Notes: generated by a model not told the origin, from the letters alone. A stretch of 32,000 bases of DNA from an uncultured archaeon (GCA_963704435.1 OY969902.1:450001-482000), one strand, 5' to 3'; numbered from the stretch's first letter, positions 1 to 8,311 are shown. Made by a program: numbers and translations.

Positions 1-142
1 ACTATGTCGATTATGTCCAGGTCCCAAGGGTTCAACTCGTCCTTCTTGACCAGGTCCAGGAGTATGTCCTTCCACGTCGCCTCCTTGACGAAGTCCTCTA
101 TGTTGAAACGAGGCAGGCTAACAACTGCCGTCAGGCTCTGCA
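1..142 (-). CDS. Partial CDS, N-terminus only (runs off the left edge): ScpA/kleisin-like segregation-condensation protein
   Basis: Hand translation of the minus strand from the ATG at 142-140 gives MQSLTAVVSLPRFNIEDFVKEATWKDILLDLVKKDELNPWDLDIIDIV... The LLxLVxKxExxPWDxDI pattern resembles the N-terminus of archaeal ScpA. The ORF is below the track's length cutoff. Confidence 0.45.
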
Positions 143-300
143 TCCGGTCGCCGGAATTAATCGAGAGATATAGAAATAAATACCTTAGCTACCTGCACGG
201 CTGGTTGCGCGGGCGGGGCTTTTACCGGAAGGGCATGGAGAAATTCGGACAGGTACGCATCCATAATTTAATGTTTTGGCTTTCAATATGCTGGGGTTGC

Positions 301-1920
301 ATGTCTGCTTTTAAGAACGAGTTCACGTACAGGCGCCTGCTGGACGGTGGCAAGGAGGAGGAGTTCGATGCACTTTTCGAAGGCGCGGTCGCCGAAGTGA
401 AGAGGACGGTTCTCGGTAAGAGGTTCCCGATGTGGATAGGCGGAAAGGAGGAGTACGCCAGCGAGGAGCTCCTGGAGATGTCTCCCATAGACGGCTCACT
501 CATCGGAAGGTTCCAGAAGGGCACGCGTGAGCACGCCAGGCTAGCCATCGGGGCCGCGCTCTCCGCCTTCGGGGCGTGGAGCCGGACGGACTACAGGGAG
601 CGCGCAAAGATCATGGCGAACGCGGCGGGCGCCTTCAGGAAGCGCAAGTTCGAGGTCGCCGCTGCGCTGAGCATCGAGAACGGGAAGACCCGATACGAGT
701 CTGTAGGAGAGGTGGACGAGGCCATAGACTTCCTGAACTACTATTCCGGAGAGATCTTGAGGAACAGGGGCTATGTGAGGAAGACCAAGATACTTGGCAC
801 CGCGAAGGACGTTGCCGAGGGCTTCCAGGGCGCCCCGGGAAAAGGGGAGAAGGTCACAATAGCGATGAAACCCTACGGAGTGTTCGGGGTCATAGCGCCG
901 TTCAACTTCCCGATATCGATATCCACAGGCATGAGCTGCGGTGCGGCCATAACAGGCAACACGGTGGTCTTCAAACCCTCCTCGACCGATGAATCGACGA
1001 TGCTGACTGGCCTGAAGATCTATGAAATATTCAAGGAGGCGGGCGTGCCGGATGGCGTCTTCAACTATGTCACAGGCCCCGGATCTGAGGTGGGCGACGA
1101 GCTCGTCGTCAACAGGGACGTCAGCGGAATAGTGTTCACGGGCTCGAGGGCCACTGGAATGGGCATGATAAGGAAGTTTTACGACCTTGGTCAGCAGAAA
1201 GTCTTCGTCGTGGAAATGGGAGGGAAGAACCCCGCCATTGTTTCGAAGTACGCAGACATTGGAGATGCTGTCGAGGGAATCGCATCTTCGGCTTTCGGTT
1301 ACGCGGGCCAGAAGTGCAGCGCATGCTCGAGGGTCTACGTCCAGGAATCGGTAAAGGAGGAGTTCATAAGCGGGCTTGTAGACAAGATGAGGTCGATGAA
1401 GATCGGGAACCCGCTTGACAAGGACGTTTACGTTGGCCCGCTTGTGGGAAGCAAGGCTCTCTCCAGGTACACTTCGAGCGTGGAGGAGGCGAAGAGGTCG
1501 GGAAGGGTCGTATACGGAGGCAATGCTGCCAACACGGGGCTGGGTGGCGCTTACGTAGAGCCGACGCTGGTCGAAGTGGGGCAGTCGAGCCGGCTGATGC
1601 ACGACGAGCTTTTCGTCCCCATGCTGGCCCTTGACACATTCGGGAAGTTCGAGGAGGCGTTGGCAAAGGCAAATGACGTCGAATACGGGCTGACCGCCGG
1701 CCTATACAGCAGGAACAGGAAGGAGATCAGGGAGTTCTCGAATGGAATCCAGGCAGGCACCGTATACATAAACAGGAAGTCTGACGCGACGACCGGAGCG
1801 ATAGTCGGCGCGCACACCTTCGTCGGCTGGAAGGGAAGCGGACTCTCAGGCAAGGGCACGGGCAGCAGGTTCTACCTACAGCAGTTCCTGAGGGAACAGA
1901 GCCTGGCCGAGGTAAAGTGA
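301..1920 (+). CDS. Aldehyde dehydrogenase superfamily, 1-pyrroline-5-carboxylate (glutamate semialdehyde) dehydrogenase-like
   Basis: ORF 4..1920 trimmed to the ATG at 301, with a TATA-like ATAATTTAAT at 264-273. Motifs: FTGSRATG, EMGGKNP, the catalytic Cys loop GQKCSACSR, and a C-terminal GLTAGLYSRNRKEI...VYINRK...VGWKGSGLSGKG stretch typical of the P5CDH branch. Length 539 aa. Confidence 0.8.
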   Translation: MSAFKNEFTYRRLLDGGKEEEFDALFEGAVAEVKRTVLGKRFPMWIGGKEEYASEELLEMSPIDGSLIGRFQKGTREHARLAIGAALSAFGAWSRTDYRERAKIMANAAGAFRKRKFEVAAALSIENGKTRYESVGEVDEAIDFLNYYSGEILRNRGYVRKTKILGTAKDVAEGFQGAPGKGEKVTIAMKPYGVFGVIAPFNFPISISTGMSCGAAITGNTVVFKPSSTDESTMLTGLKIYEIFKEAGVPDGVFNYVTGPGSEVGDELVVNRDVSGIVFTGSRATGMGMIRKFYDLGQQKVFVVEMGGKNPAIVSKYADIGDAVEGIASSAFGYAGQKCSACSRVYVQESVKEEFISGLVDKMRSMKIGNPLDKDVYVGPLVGSKALSRYTSSVEEAKRSGRVVYGGNAANTGLGGAYVEPTLVEVGQSSRLMHDELFVPMLALDTFGKFEEALAKANDVEYGLTAGLYSRNRKEIREFSNGIQAGTVYINRKSDATTGAIVGAHTFVGWKGSGLSGKGTGSRFYLQQFLREQSLAEVK

Positions 1921-1926
1921 CGGCAT

Positions 1927-2355
1927 ATGATGCGTTTGCTCCATCGGGTGCTCAGGCCGAAATATGGCAAGGGAAGGATACGCCATAAGGGCAGGACGAT
2001 CGACGTTTATCTCGCCGATTCCTTCGCTGCGATGCTGTTCGGGCTCATGTATTGGGAAAGGCTTGAGAAGGGCAAGGGGATGCTCTTCACGCTGAACAGC
2101 GAGGGCAGGATATCCGCAGGGATATGGATGCTGAACATGAGGTTCCCGATAGACATCGTCTGGATGGATTCTGACGGGAGGGTCGTGGACATTGAAGAAA
2201 AGGCAAAACCGTGCGCATCGTTCTTTCGATGCAAGACTTATGTGCCTGGTTCCAAGGCGAAGTACGTGCTTGAGCTGAACGCTGGTTCAGCGCGGAAGCT
2301 GGGAATAAAAGTAGGAAGCAGGATGAGCGTTGGAGCGCCTTCAAGAGGGAATTGA
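1927..2355 (+). CDS. DUF192 (COG1430) family protein
   Basis: Recognised pattern: FGLMYWERLEKGKGMLF...WMLNMRFPIDIVWMDSDGRVVDI...YVLELNAGSARKLGIKVGS. Confidence 0.7.
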   Translation: MMRLLHRVLRPKYGKGRIRHKGRTIDVYLADSFAAMLFGLMYWERLEKGKGMLFTLNSEGRISAGIWMLNMRFPIDIVWMDSDGRVVDIEEKAKPCASFFRCKTYVPGSKAKYVLELNAGSARKLGIKVGSRMSVGAPSRGN

Positions 2356-2370
2356 CGGGGTGAAAAAGGA

Positions 2371-2432
2371 GAGGTGCGCAAAAGGATGGGATATTAGGAG
2401 TGGACTTGTTAAAAAACAAGCTTGCGCACCTC
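2371..2432. repeat. 11-bp perfect inverted repeat enclosing an inner hairpin; possible terminator or small structured RNA
   Basis: The arms are GAGGTGCGCAA (2371-2381) and TTGCGCACCTC (2422-2432). The inner hairpin is CTTGTT-AAAA-AACAAG (2405-2420). The element starts 16 nt after the DUF192 stop codon. Confidence 0.4.
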
Positions 2433-2482
2433 CAAGCACGAGTCATAGAAATGAATTCATGCTACACATATTGTGCATAAGG

Positions 2483-2553
2483 GTATATAAATACTTATTG
2501 GAATAATATTTCGTATATAAGCGAAATATATGTAAAATACTGCATATATATTA
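2483..2553 (+). promoter_or_regulatory. AT-rich promoter/operator region of the Lrp-like gene
   Basis: Three TATA-like boxes: GTATATAAAT at 2483-2492, TATATAAG at 2514-2521, and CATATATATTA around 2543-2553. The last is centred about 26 nt before the ATG at 2572, implying a leaderless mRNA. An 8-bp inverted repeat, ATATTTCG (2506-2513) and CGAAATAT (2522-2529), brackets the middle TATA box. Confidence 0.5.
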
Positions 2554-2571
2554 CGATTTTGAGATGCATTC

Positions 2572-3618
2572 ATGCCCGCGAAAAGGAAAACGCAGAATTA
2601 CGTGAAGAACGATCTGCCATACGCGCTGCTCATGAGCCTCTACGAGGATTCAAGGGCGTCGCTGCGCGGTCTGGGAAAGAGATTCAAGATCTCGTACCAT
2701 GTCATCAACTCCGTGCTTGAGGAGCTGGAGGACAAATACGACATAAAATACACGCTCGAGCTCGATGAGACCAGGCTCGGCTTCGTCGAGGGAAAGATAA
2801 TAACGATAAAGTTCGGGATAAAGCCCGGAATAGACTTCATCAAGGAGAGAATAAGAAAGGACTTCTTCATACAGGATGCATATCTTGCCGAGGGAGATTT
2901 CGACCTGCTGCTGTACGTGGTCGGCGTCGAGCCCAAGGACTTCCAGAAATGGCAGTGGACCCTCAGGATGGGCCTGAGCAAGTACAAGCCTGCGCTGAAG
3001 TTCTCAAACGTGAGCTCTAGAATCATGGGCTTCTTCCCGATAAAGAGCAGCCTGATAAAGGAATCCGAGGAACTGTCCAAGGGGGAAAGGGCGGTCCTGA
3101 TGCTGCTCAATGACAACTCAAGGATGAGGCTCAGCGATATCGCGAAGAGGCTGAAGATGAGCCCGGACAAGGTAGTGTATCTGATAAAGAAGCTCAAGGA
3201 GATGGGCGCCATAAAGCGGTTTACCGCACTGACGCAGAACCCCGACAAGAGGATACTGTACGCGTACGGAGCGTACATGATACCCACCGAAGAGCACATA
3301 GAGCTGGCAATCACCATGGCAAAAGAGATAGTGAATGAGGATTTGCACGAAACGGTGAACGATTACGCCGTGACGGCCGACATGAATGGAAACTATGACT
3401 TTTTCGCAGTCTGTGCGTTCAAAAACGGTGAGACGCTGTCGCGGAGGGGGGCGGAGTTCGCAAGGGAAGTTTGGCTCAGAGAAGACCCTGTGATAGACAA
3501 GGCCCTTCTGACCGACATCATAGTAGGAAAGTGGCCGTTCCATCTTGAAAATTATGGGGCGTATAGGACAATTCTAGAGAATCTCCTATCCCAAAAAGCC
3601 AGGATTGCGCGGACATAA
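2572..3618 (+). CDS. Transcriptional regulator built from two complete Lrp/AsnC-type modules (wHTH + RAM-like) fused in tandem
   Basis: Module 1: ALLMSLYEDSRASLRGLGKRFKISYHVINSVLEELED followed by DAYLAEGDFDLLLYVVGVEPKDF. Module 2: RAVLMLLNDNSRMRLSDIAKRLKMSPDKVVYLIKKLKEMGAIKRF followed by YAVTADMNGNYDFFAVCAFKNGE. Confidence 0.65.
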   Translation: MPAKRKTQNYVKNDLPYALLMSLYEDSRASLRGLGKRFKISYHVINSVLEELEDKYDIKYTLELDETRLGFVEGKIITIKFGIKPGIDFIKERIRKDFFIQDAYLAEGDFDLLLYVVGVEPKDFQKWQWTLRMGLSKYKPALKFSNVSSRIMGFFPIKSSLIKESEELSKGERAVLMLLNDNSRMRLSDIAKRLKMSPDKVVYLIKKLKEMGAIKRFTALTQNPDKRILYAYGAYMIPTEEHIELAITMAKEIVNEDLHETVNDYAVTADMNGNYDFFAVCAFKNGETLSRRGAEFAREVWLREDPVIDKALLTDIIVGKWPFHLENYGAYRTILENLLSQKARIART

Positions 3619-3682
3619 TCCGTCAATCAGACGGATTCCCATAAAGCATCGTAGTTCGAAGTTTGCCCAGAAAAAGACGCGA

Positions 3683-3874
3683 TTATCCAAACAGCGCTTT
3701 TGTGATTGATTTCTTGACTCTCAGCCGGCCGTAGTAGTCGTCCTTGAACTTCACATCTGCCCCGGTGGTAAGAGCCATAGTCGGACAACCTCCGCCGGTT
3801 CCTCCGGCCCCCCCAGTAGCGACGAAAACCATGCGTCTTTTATTAACGTGAAACCTTCCTAATTTCGTTTTCAT
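3683..3874 (-). CDS. Hypothetical small protein (63 aa) with a Gly/Thr-rich core
   Basis: An ORF only: MKTKLGRFHVNKRRMVFVATGGAGGTGGGCPTMALTTGADVKFKDDYYGRLRVKKSITKALFG. It is the last ORF in the same-strand string mbf1-fen-41aa-63aa. I recognise no family. Confidence 0.25.
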   Translation of the reverse strand: MKTKLGRFHVNKRRMVFVATGGAGGTGGGCPTMALTTGADVKFKDDYYGRLRVKKSITKALFG

Positions 3875-3894
3875 CCTATTACCATGCGCCGCAA

Positions 3895-4020
3895 CTATCT
3901 CCGCGACCTCCGCGCTGCCCTGAACCTCATCCTCGTCTTCCTCTTGAGTCTCGCTATGGCCTTGGCCCGGTATGCCTTCCCGCTCTTCCTCCTCTTCTTC
4001 TTTACGGTTTTCTGCACCAT
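3895..4020 (-). CDS. Very basic 41-aa ORF (possible eL41-like or other small basic protein); in frame with FEN-1
   Basis: Hand translation gives MVQKTVKKKRRKSGKAYRAKAIARLKRKTRMRFRAARRSRR, ending in TAG. The RAK...RLKRKxR stretch weakly recalls eL41. The ATG lies 21 nt after the FEN-1 TAG and in the same reading frame. Confidence 0.35.
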   Translation of the reverse strand: MVQKTVKKKRRKSGKAYRAKAIARLKRKTRMRFRAARRSRR

Positions 4021-4041
4021 CAAATCACAAACATGATCCTT

Positions 4042-5091
4042 CTAGACCCATGAGCCTATGCCCTTCTGGCCCGCCTGGGATTTCAACTCCGCAAGGGTGT
4101 CCGCGAACTTCGCTATGCGTTCGTGCGAGAACCCGTGCTCGTCACTCATAAACCTTACCAGCGCCCCTTTATTTACTTTCGCATTAATTTCTACCGCCTT
4201 CCTGCCGATATCGATCGTCTCCGGCTCCAGGAACAGTTTCTCGACCTCTGCAGGATCCACGTCGAACTCCTTGCCGTACTTCACCCTTACGTGATTCACT
4301 ATAGAATCAAGGCTCTTGTGCTCCTTCGCGATCTTCAGCGCAGTCTTGGGCCCGATGCCTTCTATGCCTGAGTTGAAGTCGGTGCCCATCAGCATGCCGA
4401 GCCAGATCAGCTGGTTCCTGTTTATCCCCAGACTGTCGAGCAGCCTGCGCAGCTCGATCCTCTCAGGGGTGACATCGATGTAGACGTTCTTCCTCGGGAG
4501 CTTCCTCCTTCCGGTTATGGTGAGGTTCCTTACTGCGACCTTGGACCCGAACAGGAAGAGGTCGTAGTCCTGGCTTGCGCTCGCGTAGACCGCGCCGTCC
4601 TGGGTCATGCGCGCGGCCTGCGCCTCGCCCTCGCTGGGCGCCTGCACGTGCACCACTCCCATGTCGGTAAGGAGCTCCTTCGCGCTCTCGACTATGTCCT
4701 TGCTTATCTTGGAGCTCGCGACCGCATGCGCCCTGGCCTCCTCGATCATCCCCTTCCGCAGCGACCTGTTCCACTCCTTAAGCTCCTCGGCCCTGCGGCT
4801 CGCCCTCGCCTCGAGCGTCCTGCGCTTGAGCGCCGGCGGGATCCCGTCGAAGACGTAGACGGGGTTTATCCTGTGCTCCACCAGGCTTATCGTCCTGTAG
4901 AAGAGGCCGGAGAGGTGGCTTGTTATCCTGCCCTTCGAGTCCATCAGGGGCGTCCCGTCAGGCTGCCTTATTATCGTTATGAACTGGTAGATCGTGTTGT
5001 ACGCGTCGATCGCTATGGTCTTGCCAGCGAGGTCGTCGAAGGTTATCTTCTCCTTCGCTTCTGCTACTAGGGACCCCAGCGCTACCGCCAA
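4042..5091 (-). CDS. fen: Flap endonuclease 1 (FEN-1)
   Basis: N-terminus: (TTG)AVALGSLV...DLAGKTIAIDAYNTIYQFITIIRQPDGTPLMDSKGRITSHLSGLFYRT...PVYVFDG. The H3TH region is GIGPKTALKI. The C-terminal QKGIGSWV resembles a PIP box. The TTG start directly abuts the mbf1 stop codon. Confidence 0.95.
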   Translation of the reverse strand: MAVALGSLVAEAKEKITFDDLAGKTIAIDAYNTIYQFITIIRQPDGTPLMDSKGRITSHLSGLFYRTISLVEHRINPVYVFDGIPPALKRRTLEARASRRAEELKEWNRSLRKGMIEEARAHAVASSKISKDIVESAKELLTDMGVVHVQAPSEGEAQAARMTQDGAVYASASQDYDLFLFGSKVAVRNLTITGRRKLPRKNVYIDVTPERIELRRLLDSLGINRNQLIWLGMLMGTDFNSGIEGIGPKTALKIAKEHKSLDSIVNHVRVKYGKEFDVDPAEVEKLFLEPETIDIGRKAVEINAKVNKGALVRFMSDEHGFSHERIAKFADTLAELKSQAGQKGIGSWV

Positions 5092-5562
5092 TCACTCGCC
5101 CGCTTTCCCTTTCCCCTTCTTGAGCGCCGCATCCCAGAGGCTAATGGGCTCGTCCCTCCGCGGGCCCGCCGACACCGCCTTCTCGTCGCCCTTCGCCAGC
5201 AGCCTTATGCCGAGCTCCCTCTCAAGCTTCTTCCTCTCCTTCTCGGTCGGGGGGACCCTCTGCTTCTCTATCCTGACGAGCGTGCTCTCCTTCTCGCTTA
5301 TCCGCTCCGCCAACACCTTAATGGGCAGGCCCAGCGCCTCGCGCGCCTTCCTTATGACCTCGCCGTAGTCGTCCACGAGCTCTGCCTCCTCTGCGCTGGC
5401 CGCGGCCGCGGGGCGCGGCGCGTTCCTCTCGGCGCCTCTGGGTAGCCTGCGCGGCTTGCCCCTGCCCTCGGCGCACTTCGCGCAGGCCAGCATTGCCGCG
5501 CCTTCCACGTTCACGTCGTAAAGTTCATCAGCGTCCCTTCCGCAGATTTCGCATTCGGCCAT
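5092..5562 (-). CDS. mbf1: Archaeal multiprotein bridging factor 1 (Zn-ribbon + XRE-type HTH)
   Basis: The N-terminal Zn-ribbon is MAECEICG...ACAKCA. The C-terminal HTH is IRKAREALGLPIKVLAERISEKESTLVRIEKQRVPPTEKERKKLERELGI. Confidence 0.85.
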   Translation of the reverse strand: MAECEICGRDADELYDVNVEGAAMLACAKCAEGRGKPRRLPRGAERNAPRPAAAASAEEAELVDDYGEVIRKAREALGLPIKVLAERISEKESTLVRIEKQRVPPTEKERKKLERELGIRLLAKGDEKAVSAGPRRDEPISLWDAALKKGKGKAGE

Positions 5563-5628
5563 TGACCCAACCCAATCTAAAATTTAGAACCAATAAATAA
5601 TAATAAGGATAACAATAAAACTGATACC

Positions 5629-7113
5629 ATGCCGCGCGGTCCTGCCAAGAAAGAAAATAACGCAAAAAAACAGAAGCGGGGGATTGCGCGCGCGCATTCC
5701 CGAGAAATCACGGTCCTGGCGGCCGTCCTGACCGTTCTGGCGATAGGCATCCTCTACTTCGTCAACGGAAACATCATTCTCAGGTTCGCCGCGGCGCTGG
5801 CGGTACTTATGCTGTCGGGCAGCGCGATAGCCGCGGTCAACGGGATGCAGAGCTCGTACGGCCTGTACCTGCTCGGCGGGAAGGGTGGAATGGACTTCGT
5901 GGACTCGCTATCCAAGAAAAACATCAGGTTCTGGACATTCCTCAGCGACTGGGGCCTCGCGGTCAGCTTCGGGCTGCTCTCTTTCGCGATGTTCCGCAGG
6001 CAGGTCAGCAAGAAGATGATCCTGTTCGGGATCGTGTCCGTGGTTGCCATACTGGTGTTCGTATATCCCTACCTGTCGGTCGTCATCAGCTTCATAAACA
6101 TACCCCAGCTCACGGCGGAGGCCGCTAGCGCCAGCAGTTCCGCCGCCCCCAGCGCGTACATCTTCTACTACCTGCTTATCGCCTCGGGCGTTATCGGAGG
6201 GCTCAGCGTCTTCGGGATGTACGCCATATTCTATGGAGGCGGAAAAATCCTCTACGGCATCCTCCTCTTCATTGCAGAGTATCTTTCCTCAAAGCCCGAC
6301 ACTTCGGGACTCAGCAGCCAGGTGCCGGGGGTGGCTCCCCTGATACCTGGATTGACCCTTCCCCTTGTCGCGGGCCTGATATCCCTCATTGCCATATTGA
6401 TAATCCACGAGTTCTCGCACGGCGCCCTGGCCAGGATAGCGAAGGTGAAGCTGAAATCGATAGGCGTTGTCCTCTTCGGCATAATCCCGATAGGCGCATT
6501 CGTCGAGCCTGACGAGAAAGCGATAAAGAGGCTCGGCGCAAAGGACAAGGACCGGATATTCGCTGCTGGGGTATCCGCCAACATTCTTGCCTCGCTCGTC
6601 TTCTTCGTGGCGGTCGCGATGATGATATACCTTGTGCTGCCGAGCATCGGCACTGGCGGAGTGAGGGTGACCGGAGTGCTGCCGAACACAACGGCCTATG
6701 GTGTGATAGCCCCGAACACCGTAATACTCAAGTGGAACGGGGTGGCGATAACGAACGATTACGACCTGGCGCGCGTCGAGGCAGGCTACGTTGCGGGGAA
6801 CTACGTGAACGTGACTACCAGCGCGGGCAGCTACCTGCTGATGCCGAGCAGCGAGGGCAAGCTGGGGATTGCATGGGCGCCTGCGGTCGCGACCACGGCC
6901 TTCCAGATCGCGAACTTCGTTTATTCCGTTGTCGCGCTTCTGTTCGCGCTCAATTTCTTCGTGGCCGTGCTCAATCTCCTGCCAATCCCGGGCTTTGACG
7001 GGTGGAGGATATACGAGGGCAAGGTAAAGAACAAGAAGGCCCTGATGGCCATCGCTGTGCTTCTGATCGCCGCTATCGTTGTCAACGCGCTCCCGTGGTT
7101 ATGGACATTGTGA
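5629..7113 (+). CDS. Site-2 protease, M50 family membrane metalloprotease with a PDZ-like insert
   Basis: The HEFSHG zinc motif (IIHEFSHGALA) and the distal NLLPIPGFDGWRI motif are both present. The protein has many TM segments. A PDZ-like stretch, GVRVTGVLPNTTAYG...ILKWNG, lies between the two motifs. Confidence 0.85.
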   Translation: MPRGPAKKENNAKKQKRGIARAHSREITVLAAVLTVLAIGILYFVNGNIILRFAAALAVLMLSGSAIAAVNGMQSSYGLYLLGGKGGMDFVDSLSKKNIRFWTFLSDWGLAVSFGLLSFAMFRRQVSKKMILFGIVSVVAILVFVYPYLSVVISFINIPQLTAEAASASSSAAPSAYIFYYLLIASGVIGGLSVFGMYAIFYGGGKILYGILLFIAEYLSSKPDTSGLSSQVPGVAPLIPGLTLPLVAGLISLIAILIIHEFSHGALARIAKVKLKSIGVVLFGIIPIGAFVEPDEKAIKRLGAKDKDRIFAAGVSANILASLVFFVAVAMMIYLVLPSIGTGGVRVTGVLPNTTAYGVIAPNTVILKWNGVAITNDYDLARVEAGYVAGNYVNVTTSAGSYLLMPSSEGKLGIAWAPAVATTAFQIANFVYSVVALLFALNFFVAVLNLLPIPGFDGWRIYEGKVKNKKALMAIAVLLIAAIVVNALPWLWTL

Positions 7114-7175
7114 CCAAATCCGCAATATGTTTTTATGCCTTTTTACTCATATAGTTGCAGGCGACAGTGTATCAC

Positions 7176-8264
7176 ATGGAAACAGTACCACCCAATCAGA
7201 ACGAGTTTTCCTCCCCGGACGACGAGGAACTGCTGAAATTCATAGAGCTAGCCAAGCCCAAGATCTACGTGGTCGGCACCGGAGGGAGCGGCTCGAACAC
7301 CATAGCGAGAATGTCTGAGATGAACATAGAGGGCGCTACGCTCATAGCCATGAACACGGACGCGCAGCACCTCACGAGGATAAGGTCGCACAGGAAGCTC
7401 CTGCTCGGGAAGAAGACAACGCGCGGACTCGGCGCTGGGAGCGACCCGCACATGGGGGAGGAGGCCACCAACGAGAGCAAGGGCGACGTGAAGCACCTGA
7501 TAGGCGACGCGCAGCTGGTATTCATAACGTGCGGACTGGGAGGGGGGACCGGCACCGGCTCCGCTCCGGTGATAGCGCACGAGGCCAAGGAGGCCGGCGC
7601 GCTGTCCATAGCGATAGTGACCCTTCCGTTCCTCAGCGAGGGCAGGGCAAGGATGAGGAATGCGCTTGAGGGGCTCGCGAAGCTGAAGAGGACGACGGAC
7701 ACGACCATAATAATACCCAACGACAAGCTGCTCAACATCGCGCCCGACCTTCCGCTCAACATGGCATTCAAGGTGAGCGACGAGATCCTCGCCAACGCGA
7801 CGAAGGGCATAATCGAGATGGTGACCAAGCCGGGCATGGTGAACCTCGACTTCGCGGACCTGAGGAGCGTGCTGAAGGACTCGGGTTACGCCGTGATAGG
7901 CATGGGGGAGAGCGCTTCCCTGCAGTCCAAGGACAGGGCGATAGTGGCCGTGGAGAACACGCTCAAGAGCCCGCTGCTCGACGTCGACATAAGCACCACC
8001 AAGAAGGCGCTCGTCAACATCGTCGGAGGGCAGGACCTCACGCTCAGGGAGGCTGAGAGCATCTTCCAGGAGGTCTCGGGCAGGATAAGCGAGGACGCGA
8101 TGATGAAGTGGGGCGCGAGGATAGAGACTGACATGCACAAGAACGCGCTGAAGATAATGGTCGTCATGGGCGGCGTCGAGTACGCCGACTACTCCGAGGA
8201 CGGGATAAAGAAGAAGATGGCGGCGAAGGAGGACTCGGACCTGGACGGGATGTTCGAGGACTGA
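7176..8264 (+). CDS. ftsZ1: Cell division GTPase FtsZ, paralog 1
   Basis: Motifs: KIYVVGTGGSGSNTIARM, NTDAQHL, GLGAGSDP and the tubulin signature GLGGGTGTGSAPVIA. ORF 7155 (TTG) is trimmed to the in-frame ATG at 7176. Confidence 0.95.
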   Translation: METVPPNQNEFSSPDDEELLKFIELAKPKIYVVGTGGSGSNTIARMSEMNIEGATLIAMNTDAQHLTRIRSHRKLLLGKKTTRGLGAGSDPHMGEEATNESKGDVKHLIGDAQLVFITCGLGGGTGTGSAPVIAHEAKEAGALSIAIVTLPFLSEGRARMRNALEGLAKLKRTTDTTIIIPNDKLLNIAPDLPLNMAFKVSDEILANATKGIIEMVTKPGMVNLDFADLRSVLKDSGYAVIGMGESASLQSKDRAIVAVENTLKSPLLDVDISTTKKALVNIVGGQDLTLREAESIFQEVSGRISEDAMMKWGARIETDMHKNALKIMVVMGGVEYADYSEDGIKKKMAAKEDSDLDGMFED

Positions 8265-8311
8265 GCGGGGTCCGCGTAAACATTTAAGATGCTTCGCCAG
8301 CAAATACAACC

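Noticed and set aside
4-300. A 99-codon N-terminal extension of the ALDH ORF starting at nt 4
   Set aside because: The extension crosses the divergent promoter region and overlaps the minus-strand ScpA-like start. The ALDH homology begins near the ATG at 301, which has a TATA-like box about 27 nt upstream.
541-1602. A 353-aa ORF, plus several of about 100 aa, antisense to or out of frame with the aldehyde dehydrogenase gene
   Set aside because: They lie entirely inside a gene with strong family motifs. Their translations are Arg/Pro/Leu/His-rich and low in complexity. Such shadow ORFs are expected from GC-rich, stop-poor alternative frames.
4042-4044. Genome-wide amber (TAG) reassignment or pyrrolysine decoding as the explanation for the in-frame ORF after FEN-1
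   Set aside because: TAG terminates about nine well-supported genes in this window, including secE, TRAM, eS26, PolX, ef1b and the DUF155-like gene. TAG is therefore an ordinary stop codon here. Only local, low-level read-through remains conceivable.
7248-8309. A 353-aa antisense ORF, plus 190-aa and 93-aa ORFs, opposite ftsZ1
   Set aside because: These are shadows of a gene carrying the unmistakable tubulin/FtsZ signature. Their composition is biased toward Leu, Arg, Val and His.
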